From Kiritimatiellia bacterium (lineage in GTDB: Bacteria; Verrucomicrobiota; Kiritimatiellia; RFP12; UBA1067): a DNA stretch of 64,000 nt. The notes beneath the pieces were generated by a model. It was not told where the DNA came from. It worked only from the letters and a program-made list of their open reading frames with translations, and searched no databases. The stretch spans positions 691 through 64,690 of the forward strand of contig JAZUGW010000166.1 in the NCBI GenBank assembly GCA_045641465.1. The letters are read 5' to 3'. A program made the translations under genes and the position numbers. Positions 59,901-64,000 of the stretch are shown piece after piece. Position 1 is the stretch's first letter. Every line of letters starts with the position of its first letter.

Positions 59901-62327
59901 GCTCGCAGCAGGGAAGGTATTCAAACGGTCGCCATAGTAGTTATGGTTGCTGAACGAGATCAACGACTCGTGGCGGCTGCGGTAGTGCCAATTGAGGTAG
60001 GCCGAATGGACACCCGCCGCAAGGCATTCATCCAGAATGGATTCCATGTCCGCGACGGATTCATCCTCCTCGTCCTCGACCTCCGCTTCACCCTTCTGGA
60101 AGAAGTTCGTCGGCGGCATCTGCTTCGGATCGCCCACGCAGACGAACTGCTTACCGCGCGCAATGACGCCGATCGCGTCCCACACGGGAATCTGCGAGGC
60201 TTCGTCGAACACCACCAGGTCGAAAGACGCATCGGCCGGCAGATACTGCGCTACCGACAACGGACTCATCAGGAAGCACGGCTTGATGTCCGCCACAAGG
60301 TGCGGGATTTCCGCCAGCAACTGACGAACCGGCTTCTGGCGCGCCTTCTTTTCGCACTCGCGCCGCAGAATGCCGAGTTCGCTCGCCGCCGGACAATCCC
60401 CTCCGCGGCGGCGCGGCAGGCGCGTCGCGAGCTTGGCGAACACCTCGCCCTTGGCAAGTTCCGCCAAGCGCGCATCGAACTCGCGATAGAGTTTCACGCA
60501 GTTGTCGTGGTTGAGGCCGTTGAAGGCATTGAAACGCGGTTCCTCCCGCGTCACGGCATCCAGCATCTTCGCCGCGTAGGCATCGCGGAAGCGTGCGAGG
60601 ATGTCGTCCGGCGCAATCGTCCCCGCCTCGACCGCCCGGGCGAGTCCCGCCAGGCCGGCCTTTTCGGCCAGCTCCTTGGCGCGACGCCAATTCAGCACGC
60701 CGCGAAGTTCGTCGGTCGCCCCCGCAAGTCGTTCGGCGTCTTCGGGTTTCATCTTGAAGGCCTGTCCGAACGGGACGAGCGCACGATGGCGGAAAGCGGT
60801 CAAAACGCGTCCAAAGAAACCCTTACGGCTTCCCTGAACGAGATCTTGCGCCACGGTCGCGACCTCCCGTTCAAAACCGGGGGACCACTCCTGCGCGACC
60901 AGCGGCGCCAACGCGGCAACGGCTTCGGGCGTTGTACCGCGCCACCCGTTCGCGAGCTCCTCGGTGAGCCGTTCGGCCGCTTCATGGTCGGCGCGCGCCT
61001 CGTGCAACGTGTCGATCGAAAGCAGTCCCTCGTCCTTTAAATGGGACTTGCCGGTTTCTTCATCGACGGACGCAATCAGATGCGCAAAGCAGTCGCACGC
61101 GGTGAGTCCGTTCGGATAGATCTTGTGCAGTGCACGCACATAGGCATCAAGTTCCTCGCGCGACGAGGCGAGATTCTGCGACGTCGTCTGCCAGTCGGCA
61201 GGTCCCTGACAGTCCGGCACGTCGAGCGCCTCGGCGAACTGTGCAAGCACCTCGGCCTTGCCGGACTTGTTCGAATGCAGCTCGAGGCAGAAAGGCTTCA
61301 GGCCAATCGACGAGAGACGCCGATGCACCACATCGAGCGCGGCCTTCTTTTCGGAGACGAACAGCACGCGCCGCCCCAGTGCCAGGTTGTGCGCAATCAG
61401 GTTCGTAATCGTCTGGCTCTTACCCGTACCGGGCGGACCGTGCAGCACGAACGTCTTGCCCATCGCGGAATAGAGCACGGCCGTCATCTGGGACGAATCG
61501 GCGCTCAGCGGACAATACACTTTTCCGGGCACGATCTTTTCGCCGATCGCCTCCGGCGGAAAGACCTTGACCCCGTCGTCATACAGACCGCCGCCCTTGA
61601 CAAGATGGTCGACGAGCGGATTCTTCCGCAACTCGTCCATGCGCGTCGTCATGTCCTTCCACATCACGAACTTGCCGAACGAGAACTGTCCGAGTGCGAC
61701 ATCGCGCGTCACGGTCCAGCCCTTCTGTTCAGCCGTCGCCTGAATGAAGGCATCTACGATCGCATTGACATCGACGCCTTTTTCATCAGTCGGCAACGGA
61801 TCGATGTTCGGCACCGTGATACGGAACTCGCTTCTCAGCAGCTCAAGCAGCGTAGCATTCACAACGGTATCGTCGTCAAGCGCCGTCAGGCGAATGTCCT
61901 TCAGCGACTTGCGAACGAGCTTGACCGGCACGAGGATGAGCGGGGCGCGATAGAACTTCGGATCGCTTTCGGAGGGACGCCACGAGAGAAATCCGATCGC
62001 GACGAAGAGCGTGTTCACGCCACCCTCTTCAAGATCCGTCTTCGCCACGCGGAAGAGGTTCTTCAAACGCTTTTGCGTTTCCTCCGGCGTGACATTTGAA
62101 ACGAGGAATCCGTCCTCGGGATCACCCGTCTCGATCGGCACGACCTCTTCAGACGACAAACGGTCCTCAAATGTCGCGATGTCACGGCAGAAAAGCGGTA
62201 GCACCTGCTTGCTGTCGCGGACATTCAGCAGACGATTCCGCAAAGAAAGGTCCAAAAGCTTTTTGGACCATCTGTCGGTTCTTTCACTCATTTCTTTCTT
62301 CTCTTCTCGATTTTTACCAGGTACCAT
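56937..62327 (-). CDS. giant single ORF: DUF4011/Upf1-like SF1 helicase with Vsr-like (DUF559-type) endonuclease and DUF3320-like region, continuing in frame into an RR signal-peptide-like segment plus ~690-aa beta-rich secreted-type domain with two PPC-like modules
   Basis: 1796 aa. DUF4011 signature LLDLSLRNRLLNVRDSKQVLPL. Helicase motifs VLHGPPGTGKSQTITNLIA, DEASQ, VTFSQAQQ, VQGDERDVILFSVGY. Nuclease core RIDLAVRR...GYLCAIECDGPCYASQ...D...LGWHVTRLW. Then ...FGLTVLNAKARVALDAARRALGVLLVCLGMLTALSASA|ADPY... followed by GDYALKIHD...FVYAIRV and GKYTARVTDE...GGGTYFYTLRIHR (PPC-like signatures). Start ambiguity: ATG 62327 (MVPGK) or ATG 62291 (MSERTD). Confidence 0.75.
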   Translation of the reverse strand: MVPGKNREEKKEMSERTDRWSKKLLDLSLRNRLLNVRDSKQVLPLFCRDIATFEDRLSSEEVVPIETGDPEDGFLVSNVTPEETQKRLKNLFRVAKTDLEEGGVNTLFVAIGFLSWRPSESDPKFYRAPLILVPVKLVRKSLKDIRLTALDDDTVVNATLLELLRSEFRITVPNIDPLPTDEKGVDVNAIVDAFIQATAEQKGWTVTRDVALGQFSFGKFVMWKDMTTRMDELRKNPLVDHLVKGGGLYDDGVKVFPPEAIGEKIVPGKVYCPLSADSSQMTAVLYSAMGKTFVLHGPPGTGKSQTITNLIAHNLALGRRVLFVSEKKAALDVVHRRLSSIGLKPFCLELHSNKSGKAEVLAQFAEALDVPDCQGPADWQTTSQNLASSREELDAYVRALHKIYPNGLTACDCFAHLIASVDEETGKSHLKDEGLLSIDTLHEARADHEAAERLTEELANGWRGTTPEAVAALAPLVAQEWSPGFEREVATVAQDLVQGSRKGFFGRVLTAFRHRALVPFGQAFKMKPEDAERLAGATDELRGVLNWRRAKELAEKAGLAGLARAVEAGTIAPDDILARFRDAYAAKMLDAVTREEPRFNAFNGLNHDNCVKLYREFDARLAELAKGEVFAKLATRLPRRRGGDCPAASELGILRRECEKKARQKPVRQLLAEIPHLVADIKPCFLMSPLSVAQYLPADASFDLVVFDEASQIPVWDAIGVIARGKQFVCVGDPKQMPPTNFFQKGEAEVEDEEDESVADMESILDECLAAGVHSAYLNWHYRSRHESLISFSNHNYYGDRLNTFPAASDSPRLGVRFEFVEGGTFERRASRTNRKEAEALVDYVFTHFAAPGYRRRSVGVVTFSQAQQTLIEDLIEERREKESSLEKFFGDDTDEPFFVKNLENVQGDERDVILFSVGYAPDADGKLAMNFGPLNRDGGERRLNVAVTRAKEQVVVFSSIHGSQIDLNRTSATGAAHLKSFLEFAEKGGVASSVEADLANTDPFAVEFPQAVATMLRNHGWTVDENAGCGSFRIDLAVRRRQGEGYLCAIECDGPCYASQRTTRDRDVLRASVLKGLGWHVTRLWSVDWAYDRKRAEGALLSLLEALETRDEQIAQEASAKQPSPAAKPAASSLPPGVTALKAKPVREVKKTRSIDQIPTEELVAAMKEVKKDFGNCEGEALYHETLKRFGLTVLNAKARVALDAARRALGVLLVCLGMLTALSASAADPYVGFIYPATIQAGTTNRVLVGGQYFWGAQGAVVSGSGVRVLNVELVPGFPVPTGDQRKYLVKWLDQIAQGDRTQPPLPVENEHYNEWRSNRWWNVLGQLDARQIQQVERWLFMPRNPLQMTPSLNQAALVTLSVETNAPLGARDFRLGAGSGFSPPRPIIVTKLPVVEEPLYVPPHRKQPEPPAVENVPCILNGQIYPGTTDTWRLPNMKKGRVLTFQTIAREFQPYIGDAVPGFFNPVLSIVDTNNHEVAFNDDYFFHPDSVLTFTVPKDGDYALKIHDNLYRGRADFVYAIRVSEGAKARPQLRYLSLSPLPNYALPTNAVVAQFSGCVAKPGAVVTNAFEIKKEGVYVFDLLSRRLGLPLDARVTVFNEAGKMIARFDDVTNTVHVGSVIQAECDPIGRVRLAPGKYTARVTDEARKGGGTYFYTLRIHRPVPRYEIYAKRSGLLMRPWWRQPIPLEIIRHDGFNAPITLEDNAYLTFKPKVIPASSNNFTVVATAKKMPPTIQPQMKIWTVAKDEKQKWRVPITPANEYNQAFAWDHLVLARGFVYRLLPPLPPKPPKKNP

Positions 62328-62372
62328 TCCCTCGATACACTTGGCCCATCTCGGCTATACCGTGTGATGATA

Positions 62373-62401
62373 ATTATACACGATTTAGCCCCCCATGTGA
62401 A
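62373..62401 (-). promoter_or_regulatory. candidate sigma70 promoter (TTCACA-17-TATAAT) for the giant helicase ORF
   Basis: The reverse strand reads gggTTCACAtggggggctaaatcgtgTATAATtatcatc ~45 nt upstream of the ATG at 62327. Confidence 0.5.
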
Positions 62402-62779
62402 CCCAATTTTCACTTGAAGAGTCGACGCATCTGCAGCCGTATCGTAATTGGCCGCCCTCACTTCTAAGGCTCTTCGGGAATAAGTGTGGGTCAGTCTGGC
62501 GCCGGGTTCATCCCATCATGTACGCAGATGCCTTCGGCATACGCAGTTTTGGCGAAATCCGATCCGGCTACGACGCCCGCGCCGCTGGGCGGCCTCCCAG
62601 ACGACGGGAGATTGTCCGATTGCAAAGACCGATGCGTCAACGGAATTAGACGAAACCGAGACAACGCCGATGACTGTCAAATGGAAAATGGAAAACGGAA
62701 AATGGAAAATGCACCAAGCCTCAACGCCCATTTCACTTTCTCCATTTTCAGTTTTACATTCGAGACGACTTTCGTCACC

Positions 62780-63316
62780 TCATCGGATCGTGAGAACAAG
62801 GGCGTCGTGAACACGCTTCGGGGTTACTGTGAGCGACGACGCCGACGGGCCCGTGATGCGTATACGCGTCCGATCGAAATCGGGAATGCGGACGTTCGGA
62901 TCGAACGAACCGGCACAAAGCGGCATGGAACCGGGTTCCCCCAGCTGCCAAAGCGGTGGCTCTGCCCGCCTCCCTGGCTTGAGAACGAGAGACATCCGCG
63001 AACCGTACGGAGTAGCGACGGACGACGCCTTGACCTCTCCGTTGACGCCGCGAACTACGAACGCATTCCGCGACCATTCGACGGCGATCTTCGACTCATC
63101 ATCGGACAGACATCCGTCACCGTCGGCATCGTGCCCGACGGCGACCTCGATCCGGCAGTCCGACGACTGCGGCAGATCCAGATCGAACTTCATCCCCACC
63201 TTCGGCTCCGAGACGATAGGACACGGCACCGTCCGCTCAACCATCGTCGAAAACGAGGAAGGCGCGTTCGTCACCGCAAGTGATGCCACAGCAAACAAGA
63301 CTGCACCGACCATCAT
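62780..63316 (-). CDS. small secreted hypothetical protein
   Basis: 178 aa. Signal peptide MMVGAVLFAVASLAVTNA. No recognisable domain. Start overlaps the stop of the upstream Cys-rich gene (ATGA-type coupling). Confidence 0.5.
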   Translation of the reverse strand: MMVGAVLFAVASLAVTNAPSSFSTMVERTVPCPIVSEPKVGMKFDLDLPQSSDCRIEVAVGHDADGDGCLSDDESKIAVEWSRNAFVVRGVNGEVKASSVATPYGSRMSLVLKPGRRAEPPLWQLGEPGSMPLCAGSFDPNVRIPDFDRTRIRITGPSASSLTVTPKRVHDALVLTIR

Positions 63317-64000
63317 TCATTCCCTCCTTCGCCGATAGTCAACTGCCACAGGGGTTGACCTGAAGACAGAATTTGGTTGGTGACGGCCGTAAAATGTTGG
63401 CGATTATACTGACTGCAGTCTTGGCAATTCAACATGAACACTGCAAAGTCAAGACGGTTGGAACTTGTCGAATAACCTTCGAGAGCCGAAACGAAAAGTC
63501 TATCAAGATGCTTCCCTCCCGACGAATTATTTTTCCTATGACCGTAAAACCTATTGGCAACGCTTTCAACATGAGAGACAGCACACGTCCCATTGGTCAC
63601 GCCCTCAAGCAATCTGTTTGTATAAAAGCCACACAGGAACCCCCTTTCTTTAGCAGCAAATGCAGTTGTATTCGTGAAAACATTTTCAACGAAACACGCA
63701 CTTTCAAGATTCAACGGAAGCATGGGAACAATATTCCGAATCACATGCATGCGCATGCGGTGCGAACAGGTCGGATTGAGGAACAGTTCCTTGATCCACG
63801 GCAGCGCGGCCGTATAGTTCATGAACGCGCACTGCGACACCGCGAGTTCGGTGACGCTTCGGTAGTCGTTCGTCTCGCTGCTGTAGTCGTGCCGCCCCAT
63901 ACCTTCAAGGAATGCGTCGAACGCGGCCTTCTTTTCTTTGGGCGTCCAGTCCCCGTCGACCGCCAGACGGAAGAACTTCCGAGGAGTTCGAGTGTCGAAG
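63313..64000 (-). CDS. Cys-rich hypothetical protein from a low-GC segment, possibly BspA-type LRR-like (3' part; N-terminus beyond window end)
   Basis: The reading frame stays open past the track's ATG at 63900 to the window edge (...FDTRTPRKFFRLAVDGDWTPKEKKAAFDAFLEGMGRHDYSS...). Cys recur every ~16-24 aa (QCAF, PTCSH, SACFV, FLCGF, GTCAV, NCQDC). Local GC is clearly lower than in the flanks. Confidence 0.5.
   Translation of the reverse strand, partial: FDTRTPRKFFRLAVDGDWTPKEKKAAFDAFLEGMGRHDYSSETNDYRSVTELAVSQCAFMNYTAALPWIKELFLNPTCSHRMRMHVIRNIVPMLPLNLESACFVENVFTNTTAFAAKERGFLCGFYTNRLLEGVTNGTCAVSHVESVANRFYGHRKNNSSGGKHLDRLFVSALEGYSTSSNRLDFAVFMLNCQDCSQYNRQHFTAVTNQILSSGQPLWQLTIGEGGNE

Noticed and set aside
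62484-63338. Plus-strand ORFs 62486..63283 and 62829..63338
   Set aside because: They overlap the reverse-strand secreted-protein gene, which has a clean signal peptide. The plus-strand translations are R/P-rich with no features.

Overview
This is a 64-kb chromosomal segment from a GC-rich bacterium (roughly 60-65% GC by eye). It is most likely from the PVC superphylum (Planctomycetota/Verrucomicrobiota/Lentisphaerota-like), because one protein carries a PSCyt1-type 'QPILxxRCVSCH' heme motif and two are giant PATR/beta-helix surface proteins. About 45 protein genes and one tRNA-Val(GAC) are supportable. Genes are densely packed: a long minus-strand run (1-42.3 kb) switches to a plus-strand run (42.5-55.5 kb) at a divergent promoter region, then returns to minus. 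Recognisable housekeeping genes include hemB, tyrS, trxA, htpG, an rpiB-glyA fusion, carB, gpmI, nusB, ftsH-folP-cdaA, ftsK, a rodZ-like gene, mcsA-mcsB-clpC, an OPT transporter, an amidase and a DnaQ-like exonuclease. Accessory genes are interspersed: two paralogous giant LamG/PATR surface proteins, a DUF2341-LamG-TolB propeller-cytochrome protein, GH2, CE15-like and other glycoside-hydrolase-like enzymes, a hybrid sensor kinase and a GDPD. Several canonical sigma70 promoters (TTGACA-17-TATAAT class) are readable. No CRISPR array, rRNA, transposase or integrase was found. Because of the GC content, the ORF track contains many long arginine-rich antisense 'shadow' ORFs and 5'-over-extended ORFs, and these were rejected or trimmed. 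The most unusual items are: (1) a 1796-aa single ORF in which a DUF4011/Upf1-like SF1 helicase with a Vsr-like nuclease runs, without a stop, into an RR-containing signal-peptide-like segment and a ~690-aa secreted-type beta-rich domain; (2) a translationally coupled trio of a His-rich lipoprotein, a lysine-rich H1-like small protein and a kinase-C-lobe pseudokinase fused to a Wzz-type coiled coil; (3) a ~200-bp CAATC-periodic tandem repeat directly upstream of htpG; (4) a degenerate McsB in an mcsA-mcsB-clpC operon; (5) a 56-aa remnant of CdaR after cdaA; and (6) a low-GC Cys-rich gene at the right edge.
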